The notes under the pieces: model-generated | Databases searched by the model: none | Told to the model about the DNA's origin: nothing | The model's input: the letters and a program-made list of their open reading frames with translations, nothing else | Part shown: piece after piece, positions 1-8,207 of the stretch | Numbering within the stretch: the stretch's first letter is position 1 | How the letters are laid out: every line of letters starts with the position of its first letter | Program-made: the position numbers and the translations under genes | Assembly (NCBI GenBank): GCA_964528315.1 | Contig: CAZGRO010000003.1 | Location: 1 to 49,328, forward strand | Source of the DNA: an uncultured Candidatus Bathyarchaeia archaeon | Lineage (GTDB): Archaea; Thermoproteota; Bathyarchaeia; 40CM-2-53-6; JALHTG01 | Direction of reading: 5' to 3' | DNA: 49,328 nt

Positions 1-436
1 CCTCCGTGGCATCCAGGTCCAGCGGACCAAGTTGTGGTCTTCACGATCTTGATGCGGTTGTCGCTTATTTCCGAATCCCCCTTTTCTCCCGTCTGGATAT
101 TTGAGGCAAACCCGGTATTCTCGTGAGCGAGAATTTAAGGAAACCGAAGTTGACCACAGCCAACGGATCCGCCATAGGTCCGATTCATAGCGTTCTCTCG
201 TTTTCCTCACAATCAATGCACTGGCGCGCGCTGCTGAAAAGGCCTTAGGCTGTTACACAAGGATTAGCCTACGCCTCGTTTGACGAAAACCAGAAAGTAA
301 CATTAGAGGTCGGTAAGGCTGCTGATATGGCTGTTCTGAGCGGCGACCCACTTTCCGGGGCCCCGATTCGATCAGAGATATCAAGGTGGAAATGACCATC
401 TTCAGTGAAGGGGTAGTCTACCAACGCAATGACTAG
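1..436 (+). pseudogene. Frameshifted C-terminal remnant of a metal-dependent amidohydrolase (amidohydrolase_3-like)
   Basis: Segment 249-365 translates to AVTQGLAYASFDENQKVTLEVGKAADMAVLSGDPLSG. Segment 365-436, in another frame, gives DSIRDIKVEMTIFSEGVVYQRND*. Together they form the classic amidohydrolase C-terminus. Joining them needs a 1-nt shift at the GGGGCCCC run (357-364). A TAG at 246-248 and further stops break the frame upstream, so there is no intact ORF. Confidence 0.45.
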
Positions 437-585
437 AGCGCGACGAGCTGCTCCTGAACTCGCGAGCCCATTTCTATTCTCTTCCGACCAAAGCACAATT
501 GGATGTCGCATGATGTCTCTTCGTGATATGCAATAATCACATGATCTATCTACTTGGCCAGATACTACTAGGAGAGGCAGTATCT

Positions 586-933
586 ATGGAGCGGAACGTA
601 AGGGAACTGGATTCCGGACCTTTGATCGCCAAGAAGGCGAGATTGCCTGACTTGGTAAAGTATCAGGCTGGGTCTGTGGTCAGTAGGACTGTGATCGACA
701 AAGAGGCTGGAACGGTCACTCTGTTTGCCTTTGATGAGAGACAAGGCCTAAGTGAACACACCGCGCCATACGACGCTTTAGTTCAGATCCTCGACGGTGA
801 GGCAGATGTAGCGATTGCTGGCAAGGCCCACCGCCTGAAAAAAGGTGAAATGATCATAATGCCTGCCAATCGACCACACGCCCTGAAAGCTGTCAAACGC
901 TTCAAGATGATGCTCATCATGATACGCGCCTGA
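586..933 (+). CDS. Cupin-domain protein (cupin_2 type)
   Basis: ORF 523-933. The ATG at 586 is preceded by GGAGAGG (571-577). It has a single small beta-barrel signature: GTVTLFAFDERQGLSEHTAPYDALVQILDGEA...KKGEMIIMPANRPHALKA. Confidence 0.7.
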   Translation: MERNVRELDSGPLIAKKARLPDLVKYQAGSVVSRTVIDKEAGTVTLFAFDERQGLSEHTAPYDALVQILDGEADVAIAGKAHRLKKGEMIIMPANRPHALKAVKRFKMMLIMIRA

Positions 934-991
934 TCGCGTGCAGAATTCGATTTGCTTCACATCCCAAGTTGACATATTTCAGGTGGAATCC

Positions 992-1759
992 ATGTCGCAC
1001 ATATCTTATCGGTTGATAGATTATCATGTTCATTCAACTTACTCGGTTGACGGACGTTCTTCAATCGATGAGATGTGCCAGCGAGCGGTTGAGCTTAGGT
1101 TCTCTGAAATCGGTTTCTGTGAGCACATCGATTTCGAACCAAGCGATCCCGGATTTGGCTTCTTTGATTATGAAGGTTATAGTGAAGCGATTGACTCAGC
1201 AAGGACAAGATATGCAGGCAAATTGGTTATCAGAAAAGGCGCTGAGATAGACTACGGCCAATCGTATGAGCGTCAGATCCAGGCGTGGGTTGAAGGGAAG
1301 GAGTTTGACTTTCTTGTAGGCTCAGTCCACTACATAGATCATGTTGCTTTCGATTTGGATAGAGAACTCACGATGCCTCCAGAGATCGTGGTTAGGAAGT
1401 ACTATGCCAAGACCGCACAGGCAGCAGAGAGCGGACTCTTCAACGTGATCGGGCACCTTGATTTCATCAGAAGCTACATTCCGCCTGGACATGATCTGGA
1501 GCAATCAGACATGATTGATTTGACTCTTGAGAGAATCATAGCCAACAGAATACATCTTGAGATCAACTCAAGAAGAAGATGGAATCGGGAACCCTTTCCT
1601 TCCAGATCGCTGATTCAGAAATATCTGGATAAAGGTGGTACGTTGTTCTCATTAGGTTCGGATGCACATTCTGCGCAACATCTGGGCATCGGGATCACGC
1701 AGGCCATGGATCTCGTACGTGACTTGAAACCCGGGAAGGTACATGTTCTCTTCGAGTAG
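992..1759 (+). CDS. PHP-family phosphoesterase, histidinol-phosphatase (HisJ)-like
   Basis: ORF 938-1759. The ATG at 992 follows AGGTGG (981-986). PHP metal-ligand motifs are present: DYHVHS, CEHIDF, GSVHY, IGHLDF, GSDAHS. Confidence 0.75.
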   Translation: MSHISYRLIDYHVHSTYSVDGRSSIDEMCQRAVELRFSEIGFCEHIDFEPSDPGFGFFDYEGYSEAIDSARTRYAGKLVIRKGAEIDYGQSYERQIQAWVEGKEFDFLVGSVHYIDHVAFDLDRELTMPPEIVVRKYYAKTAQAAESGLFNVIGHLDFIRSYIPPGHDLEQSDMIDLTLERIIANRIHLEINSRRRWNREPFPSRSLIQKYLDKGGTLFSLGSDAHSAQHLGIGITQAMDLVRDLKPGKVHVLFE

Positions 1760-1893
1760 CCCTCTCTGCATCATGATTCATTCTCAGAACAAACTGAATC
1801 TTGCCACGTGTCATGACCGAGCCGACAACCTGATCGATATCGCATCCGAAGAACCGCTTAAGTCTGAAGAGTGTGTGACGGCCTGTCGATATG

Positions 1894-2286
1894 CTATGAT
1901 TTTGGGGCAGTGCGTCTGTGCCGAGAATCACGCTTCAAGGTGCCTTTCATTTCATCCCACATCCTTATTGCTCGTCTCATGTGGGGTATCGTTATCGACC
2001 CACCCACAACAAGTCCTATCGCCAGAGCCTCAATAAGCTCCTTGTCGCTGACCCCTTTCTCGCGGCAATGAATTAAGTGGTATCTTATGCAGTCGTCGCA
2101 TCTGAGCACGAATGAGGCCACGAGACCGAGAAGCTGCTTTGTCTTTGCTGGAAGAGAGCCGTCATGGTAGACCTGAGAATCCAAGCTGTAGAATCTCTTG
2201 ATTGGCAGATCTGCATATTTCATTACAACCTCATTCAGCAAGGCACGTTCTTCGCTAAATCCCTCTGCTTCGCTCTCCTTTGACAA
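1894..2286 (-). CDS. Carboxymuconolactone decarboxylase (AhpD-like) family protein
   Basis: 130-aa ORF with the AhpD/CMD core LPAKTKQLLGLVASFVLRCDDCIRYHLIHCREKGVSDKELIEAL. Confidence 0.7.
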   Translation of the reverse strand: MSKESEAEGFSEERALLNEVVMKYADLPIKRFYSLDSQVYHDGSLPAKTKQLLGLVASFVLRCDDCIRYHLIHCREKGVSDKELIEALAIGLVVGGSITIPHMRRAIRMWDEMKGTLKRDSRHRRTAPKS

Positions 2287-2780
2287 GTGTATCCTGAAGA
2301 GTTCTCTTTCTTCCGATATATCTCTGCTGCAGGAATCAGAAGACCAATGGGCTTCGAATCAGGGGCAACAATATCGGGGGATCATGCATGGATTCAGTTG
2401 CGAGCGCCTGCAAACAGCTAATAACAAGCGTAACGGGAGAGGTGGCTTCCCTCTGACCGAGAAGCCAACTCTTTCTCTGACCCTGTGGTGGTGTACACGT
2501 TTCTTGGCTTGCAGGTGTCTCTTGAAGCTTTCCCTCATGAAACGGATTGCAAAGAGCTAAGCAATGGGCAGAGGACAGCAAGCGCGCGCGATAACTCACG
2601 CAGTGCTATTTGTGCTACGAGATCCACACATTTGGCGCCAATCGCCTCTTCAGAGGCCTGTGAAATCCTCAAAGGAGCGCATAGGTTCATAGAAATGCTT
2701 AGTATTGGCGTGCTCTTGTCTTATTGATACATCCAACAGGCGTCAGTTGCAGTGAATCCGGAGAATAGGTCCTGATTGCT

Positions 2781-3626
2781 TTGTCTCGAAGGAAGAAGGC
2801 CAAGAGGAAACCCATCAAGACACAGACTTTGTTTCGTTGGGGCGCGTACCTTCTGATAGTTTCGGTTCCCATTGTTGTCCTTCTAATTGCTTTCAGCTAT
2901 CAGCCTGTACAGCGAATCGAGTCTGCTTGGACGCGGACTGCGGCACAGACTTCGGAGCCGGCGATCACAACGCGTCCACGTCAAAGAGTTGCTGCGATAC
3001 TGGATCAGGTCTCAGCATACAATGTGAACCAACAGTTGATCGAAGATGTGCGTGCATGTCTTGTCGGAGCAGGATATAGTGTTGAGGTTTTTTCTGGAAC
3101 GCAGGTCACCGTCGATCTGTATCGCAAGCTTCCTTCTAGAGGATACGATGTGGTTATTCTTCGGGTTCACTCAACCTCCACTTCGGAGATAGGTCAAGGC
3201 CGCGTTGCGTCTGGTGGGCCAGTTTTTCTGCTGACGGGTGAACCGCATAACCAGTTGGGCTATGCTTATGAGCAGACAATGGGCAGGGTGCGCGCGGTTA
3301 GAATCGAAGCTGGGACCTTCTTTGGGATTGGCCCAGATTTTGTTGCAGGGTCCATGGAGGGAACCTTTCCGGGAACACTCATTATCATAGCAGGCTGCGA
3401 ATCCTTGGCCAACAAAGACTTAGCGAAGGCTCTGATTGCCAGAGGGGCATCAAAGGTTATTGGATGGAGCGACAGCGTCGGCCTAGAGCATAATGACAAA
3501 GCCATAGTATCATTGACGAGGAGCCTCTTTGAGAAGAGACTGCAGGTTCAGGAAGCAATCCAAGCGACAATGAATGAAGTGGGAAAGGATCCTGCCTTTC
3601 AGAGCTACCTTCTCAGCTACCCCTAG
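2781..3626 (+). CDS. N-terminally membrane-anchored extracytoplasmic protein, possible caspase/CHAT-like (clan CD) fold
   Basis: TTG start. A basic N-terminus (MSRRKKAKRKPIK) is followed by one TM helix (GAYLLIVSVPIVVLLIAF). The His strand YDVVILRVHS and the Cys strand GTLIIIAGCESL, followed by GASKVIGWSDSV, resemble the CHAT/caspase H...C arrangement. The fold assignment is tentative. Confidence 0.4.
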   Translation: MSRRKKAKRKPIKTQTLFRWGAYLLIVSVPIVVLLIAFSYQPVQRIESAWTRTAAQTSEPAITTRPRQRVAAILDQVSAYNVNQQLIEDVRACLVGAGYSVEVFSGTQVTVDLYRKLPSRGYDVVILRVHSTSTSEIGQGRVASGGPVFLLTGEPHNQLGYAYEQTMGRVRAVRIEAGTFFGIGPDFVAGSMEGTFPGTLIIIAGCESLANKDLAKALIARGASKVIGWSDSVGLEHNDKAIVSLTRSLFEKRLQVQEAIQATMNEVGKDPAFQSYLLSYP

Positions 3627-3670
3627 ACTTCATGGAATAGCAAGCGCACGCTGCTCTCTGGTTTACCAAT

Positions 3671-5014
3671 CTAACACGAAGCACACTTCGGGTGAGGACC
3701 AAGCGGGTCATTACTGACCACGTAGGGAAGAAGCCTACAGTGGAAATCCTTGCACTTTGTCAGATCTCGGCAGTCTCTGCATCTCTTCAGATCCTGTATT
3801 CTTGTCCCTCTGAAGAATCGCCACCTGTCGGAGAACCAGATATCCTGTATTGTCTTGTCTCTTGTGTTGCCCATACTCCATCTCTGGTCGGAGATTACGA
3901 GATTGCACGGGTAGACTGAACCGTCACTCGCTATTGACAGTCGAGTCTTTCCAGCATGGCAGGAGACGTAGCCCCTCTTAAGCTCATGAACGGATTCTCT
4001 GAGAGGTTCACAACGCAGAAACGTGTCCAAAGCGATGTCTATCTTTCCTCTACATCGCATCCTGGCGATCACGAGATCGAGAAACGCTTCAACATATTCT
4101 TCGTATGTTGGAACCCACGTCATATTGCCTCTTATTCTTCCGTTGGGCTTGAGGTCCAAGAATGCTATTCTCGATGCGTTGTGCTTGACCGCTAGATCTG
4201 TAATCTTATTGTATTTGCTCAGGTTTCTTTTGTGTAGACAACAGTTTATCCCGTATTCAATTCTACTTCTCTTCAGAGACTGCAGAGCTTCGATTGTTCT
4301 CTCGAATGATCCTTCTACTCCTCTGAAACGGTCGTGATCATCTGCTTCTGAACCATCAAGTGAGATGGTGGGCGTGACCTCCGCTTCTTCTAAGAGACCT
4401 ATCATCTCGCTGTCAAGTACTGTTCCATTCGTCAATATGACTTTGCGAATTCTCTTTTCTCTAAGAAAAGACAAGACCTCCCTTATTCTTGAATGGAGCA
4501 GAGGCTCCCCGCCGTTGATTCTGAGTTCAAGGACACCCAGCCTCTCAAGTTGATCGAGAATCGATCGTATCTCTTCAATTGGCAGCTCAGTTGAGTCAAC
4601 TGCTTTGCTGTCCGAGAAACAATGGACGCAGCGGAGGTTGCATTTGTTCGTTATGAAAAGGTCAACGGAAGTGGGAGCCGACAGAAAAGGAAGAGGAAAT
4701 CGTTGGTAGAGCGTCGGGCTGACCTCAGTTCTCTGGGATGGTCTAGGTTTCGGGATCTGAATGCCTTTCTGGACATATCCAAGTCTTAGCATCCGTTTCA
4801 GAAACTTGTTGCATCGGTCGTGCCTAATCCCGGTCTCTTTGGTGATCTCATCAATCTCAGAGCCCTTGATGGAGATGTACTCCAGAACAGCATACTCCTC
4901 CTTTGTAAGAAACTCCGTGCTAACTGTTCGGTAATTGAAGACTGCGTAAGAATCGTAGTACTGAGGTTCAGATCTAAGAATGGCGTGGGGACTCAGAGAG
5001 AACCTTTCAGACAA
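3671..5014 (-). CDS. Radical SAM/SPASM peptide-maturase-like enzyme with fused N-terminal PqqD-like RRE/wHTH
   Basis: TTG start at 5014 preceded by GAGGG. The N-terminal ~100 aa look like a beta3-alpha3 fold (HAILRSE, YAVFNYRT, EFLTKEEYAVLEYISIKGSEIDEITKETGI, FLKRMLRLGYV). The radical-SAM cluster motif is CNLRCVHC. The C-terminal SPASM cysteines are CHAGK..GSVYPCN, CRDCRDLTKCKDFHC and KCASC. Confidence 0.85.
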   Translation of the reverse strand: MSERFSLSPHAILRSEPQYYDSYAVFNYRTVSTEFLTKEEYAVLEYISIKGSEIDEITKETGIRHDRCNKFLKRMLRLGYVQKGIQIPKPRPSQRTEVSPTLYQRFPLPFLSAPTSVDLFITNKCNLRCVHCFSDSKAVDSTELPIEEIRSILDQLERLGVLELRINGGEPLLHSRIREVLSFLREKRIRKVILTNGTVLDSEMIGLLEEAEVTPTISLDGSEADDHDRFRGVEGSFERTIEALQSLKRSRIEYGINCCLHKRNLSKYNKITDLAVKHNASRIAFLDLKPNGRIRGNMTWVPTYEEYVEAFLDLVIARMRCRGKIDIALDTFLRCEPLRESVHELKRGYVSCHAGKTRLSIASDGSVYPCNLVISDQRWSMGNTRDKTIQDIWFSDRWRFFRGTRIQDLKRCRDCRDLTKCKDFHCRLLPYVVSNDPLGPHPKCASC

Positions 5015-5070
5015 CCCTCAATCACTAGCCCATTGCGAGTCAGTGCTTCGGTCATTAGCTATAACAAGGT

Positions 5071-5077
5071 TATATAT
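5071..5077 (-). promoter_or_regulatory. Candidate TATA box for the radical SAM/SPASM gene
   Basis: The minus strand reads TGCATATATAACC about 60 nt upstream of the TTG start. This is consistent with a short leader carrying the GAGGG Shine-Dalgarno. Confidence 0.25.
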
Positions 5078-5213
5078 GCATCAACTTGAGCAACCGCAGT
5101 CGCAGAAAACGCTCTGATCTCAAGGTTGCCTTGCGACCTGTTTCCTGCGGACTATGATTCTGTCTCTGGTAATGAAGCGATGCGAAGAGAGTGGGCACAG
5201 ATTTGTCTAGTGC

Positions 5214-5483
5214 TTACAGTCTCGAGACCATCGGACCGAGCACTTTGAGGACCCAGTCACGCTTCCAGTACATTAGGAACGCCAGAGGAATCAGGAACAG
5301 CAACAGTCCAAGAAGAAAATAGTTCACAGGCGGTTGTACTACTCCTCCAACCGACTGTCTGGGCGCGCCACTTCCTTGCATCGGACCGTTCTTGAGAAGT
5401 AGAGCATCGACTCGATTTGCTTTGCGTCTGTGAAGAGATACAATTCTCAACTTGCGATTCGCCGCAGATGAATATGCTGCCAC
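5214..5483 (-). CDS. Small hypothetical membrane protein (start uncertain; internal ATG at 5381)
   Basis: 89-aa ORF (GTG start) with a clean C-terminal TM helix, VNYFLLGLLLFLIPLAFLMYW, flanked by charged residues. It overlaps a 112-aa alternative-frame ORF (5257-5595), so it is unclear which one, if either, is expressed. Confidence 0.3.
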   Translation of the reverse strand: MAAYSSAANRKLRIVSLHRRKANRVDALLLKNGPMQGSGAPRQSVGGVVQPPVNYFLLGLLLFLIPLAFLMYWKRDWVLKVLGPMVSRL

Positions 5484-5616
5484 AGGTATATAGCGCTTCC
5501 TTGCTATTCGATCTCACATGATATTCCAGAAGGAGAGGGAATTCGATTGGATTCCTGACTTCTGGGTGTGCCGAAAGGGACAATAGGCTCGTCAAATATC
5601 GGGATCAGGATCACCG

Positions 5617-6126
5617 ATGATTGGCAGGATTGCAAAGACAAGATTTGTGGCATTTGTTGCAGCAATGAGTGCTCTATCAAATGTTCTAGCCTTTTTTGCT
5701 ATCCCAACTGGAATGGTGACGCTTCACTTGATTCAACTGCCCATTGTGTTCGCTGGGTTGGCTGCCGGATCTCTTGCAGGTGGGCTTGTCGGCTTCTTTG
5801 GTGCCTTCGTGATGGCCTTCACCTTGGCCAAGCCGAATCCGTACATAATCGTCGGGAATGCAATCCTCGGATTCCTAACCGGACTGTTCTACTCAAGGAT
5901 GAGAGCACTCTCGCGAAGAATAGTCGTCCCTCAGGTAGCTTCAGTGCTTTCTGCATGTGCCCTTCAGCTGCCTTATGTTTACATTACCGATGTATATCTC
6001 ATGGGAATGCCTCACACGGTTGTAATTGGGATCATTAGCGTGCTGCTCATTGAGGATTTGATTAGTGCGCTGATATCACACGTGATACTCTATCGAGTTG
6101 ACGTCAATAGACTGCTGATTGGATAG
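5617..6126 (+). CDS. Polytopic membrane protein, ECF-transporter S-component-like (ThiW-like architecture)
   Basis: 169 aa with 5-6 predicted TM helices. Gly-rich helices (LPIVFAGLAAGSLAGGLVGFFGAF, VGNAILGFLTGLFYSR) are reminiscent of vitamin S components. No ECF A/T genes lie nearby. Confidence 0.45.
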   Translation: MIGRIAKTRFVAFVAAMSALSNVLAFFAIPTGMVTLHLIQLPIVFAGLAAGSLAGGLVGFFGAFVMAFTLAKPNPYIIVGNAILGFLTGLFYSRMRALSRRIVVPQVASVLSACALQLPYVYITDVYLMGMPHTVVIGIISVLLIEDLISALISHVILYRVDVNRLLIG

Positions 6127-6258
6127 TGTTCCTTTGAAGGACTGTAAATGTTGCATGCTAGCACGAATCAATAATCGCGAATATGTTAATAGCCTTGCAT
6201 CAGCATCTGCGCTGTCTCGAGCATAAGGCAACCCATTATCGCGTCCGGCGGAGACAGG

Positions 6259-6951
6259 TCATTTCCGACAAATTTGGCATATTGACGCGAAGACGCGAGT
6301 TGATCGGCTCTGGTCTTCGCCAAACTCGATTCGCCGTTTTCTGAGGAGGATCACACATGTGGCTGAGACTACGCCAACTCCTGCGAGAAACAATCCTGAG
6401 CAAACAATGCTCGCAGTCCACAATGGCCTCGCAGCGTCCACAACTGCTCTAATCATTACGTTCTCTCCGCCAACGATTAGACTCCAAGATCCGGGACGAC
6501 CAAAGTACGATCTGTTCTTTGGATTGGTGGAATCTCGACCAAGCAACGGATCATAGAAAGCTAAATACTCAACGGCAATGTAGAAATCATTGGAGACAAC
6601 TAGATTCCGAGTTAGAAGATCGAGATCGTTCCATGCGCTTTCAGTGGCCAAACGATAGGTGATCGGCGTTGTCAACTCTTTGATCCCATCGCTTCCTAGG
6701 ACGTGAATTCTGACTTCTATTGCACTTCGCCCGGCTTTGTAGAGCCTGGCTGCAGTCAACATTGCCTCCGACACACCGGGAGGTAGAGAGAACTTGACGG
6801 CTAGATACGAGCCAACATCCAATGAAGAGGTGGTTTCAGGGCTTCCATCGTCGTATGCGATTTCTGTCAGGGCAAATGTCGCTTCCGCTGAGTAGAGAGC
6901 CAATGTGAACAGGACAAGAATTGAAAGGGATCTCGTAGTAGGCATCTTCAC
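6259..6951 (-). CDS. Secreted hypothetical protein with C-terminal TM anchor
   Basis: Signal peptide MKMPTTRSLSILVLFTLALYSAEA. The beta-rich body is followed by a C-terminal TM helix (IVCSGLFLAGVGVVSATCVILL) and then RKRR. Confidence 0.6.
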   Translation of the reverse strand: MKMPTTRSLSILVLFTLALYSAEATFALTEIAYDDGSPETTSSLDVGSYLAVKFSLPPGVSEAMLTAARLYKAGRSAIEVRIHVLGSDGIKELTTPITYRLATESAWNDLDLLTRNLVVSNDFYIAVEYLAFYDPLLGRDSTNPKNRSYFGRPGSWSLIVGGENVMIRAVVDAARPLWTASIVCSGLFLAGVGVVSATCVILLRKRRIEFGEDQSRSTRVFASICQICRK

Positions 6952-7108
6952 TTGTTACATCACTCGATATGGCCCACATCACTTCTTTTGATCCCAACCT
7001 GTCCATAAGAAACCTGCGACAACATGCCAACACAAAGAAAGGCAGCGCGTGGCTCTTGTATTCTAGGTACTGTCGGGCTCCTTTCGATCAAATAACGACA
7101 CAGGCAAC

Positions 7109-7825
7109 CTATTGGTTGTGGGGCGGAAAGTATCTTGTCTTGTAGGCGTCGAATATTCTCCTCAATTCTCGAACTGGATCCGGATGATCATCAACGCGCA
7201 GGTCAATATATGGGCGCAACTTTCGCTCGGGATTGATCTTCTTTACCAGCAAAGCAGCTGAAACTCGCCCCCGTTTGTCTCCGCCGGCCGCTTGCCCAGC
7301 CTCCAACACAGCGATAAGCCGATCTTCCAATGAACTTTCACTTGACTCGAATCTCCCAGCCATGGCCTGAATCACCTGCGGCCCAACCAGCATGTTTCCA
7401 GCGACCACATAGTTTCTGCCAAGTAGATGGCCCTTCCACTCCACAGCATCCGTTCCTGTATGCGCCACGTTCCTACCTAGACTGTCGATGATCGAGACCT
7501 GCCTAACTTCGCGCTTGTCATCCTCGGCCAGCAATGCCGTCAAAACCGTTTCCGGTGAGAGCCCGAGCCTGAGAAGCTGAAGTCCCCTAATCCCGTACAT
7601 AACGTTGGTCGTCGCCTGGGTTGCGATTGCTGCGACACCAAGCTCCACATGAGGAACCACTGAACCCACGGCAGGAACTGCTGTAGAGACACAGACACCC
7701 AGCTCTCCAGTCTGGGCACATCGCGCAACCATCGAAAAAGTTCCATAGTATCTTTCACGTGGTACATGCGCATTCGCTATTTTTCGCTCTGAAATTCCGA
7801 ATGGCTTCACTATCATCAAGACCAC
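7109..7825 (-). CDS. DUF1028 family (Ntn-hydrolase fold) protein
   Basis: The family-typical core is GTFSMVARCAQTGELGVCVSTAVPAVGSVVPHVELGVAAIATQA...VAGNML. The Thr-Phe-Ser nucleophile motif is preceded here by an extension of about 28 aa. Confidence 0.75.
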   Translation of the reverse strand: MVLMIVKPFGISERKIANAHVPRERYYGTFSMVARCAQTGELGVCVSTAVPAVGSVVPHVELGVAAIATQATTNVMYGIRGLQLLRLGLSPETVLTALLAEDDKREVRQVSIIDSLGRNVAHTGTDAVEWKGHLLGRNYVVAGNMLVGPQVIQAMAGRFESSESSLEDRLIAVLEAGQAAGGDKRGRVSAALLVKKINPERKLRPYIDLRVDDHPDPVRELRRIFDAYKTRYFPPHNQ

Positions 7826-8207
7826 ACCGACAGATCGTATATGGCCTGGAGTCCACTATAAGATCACGAGGACTAAGCATATATGCTCTGTTTGCGTCCT
7901 TTCAGTTTTTCCACACCGCAGAATCGTACCCCACTGACGCGCTCAGGGAGTTCCTAGACAAGAGCAAACTTCAGAAAAGGGTTCTCAGTTGAGAGTACTG
8001 CGTCCCAGCGGGCAGTATATGCGGAAGATCATTGTTACGACTGGAGATTTGCCAGAAATCGGCACATACAATGGAGGAGTGATATTAGGACTCTGAATAA
8101 CCTCAGAATCGCAACAGATGTGTGCATTACTCAAAAAAGAGCAAACAACACTCTCTTGAGCATTGCTTTCAGATCCGCATTTGAAATGCTTCAAGGAAGC
8201 TTATCCA

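Noticed and set aside
224-238. The 15-mer GCGCGCGCTGCTGAA repeated at 224-238 and 15751-15765
   Set aside because: By rough estimate, one or two chance 15-mer repeats are expected in 49 kb on both strands. The flanks do not extend the match.
269-511. 80-aa minus-strand ORF at the left edge
   Set aside because: It is antisense to the readable amidohydrolase C-terminal remnant, has no recognisable motifs, and is most likely a shadow ORF.
5521-5616. Possible TPP or other riboswitch in the ~100-nt region upstream of the S-component-like gene
   Set aside because: GGGTGTGCC and GGGATCAGGATCACC loosely recall THI-box pieces. The CUGAGA and ACCUGAUCUGGAUAAUGCCAGCG cores are absent on both strands.
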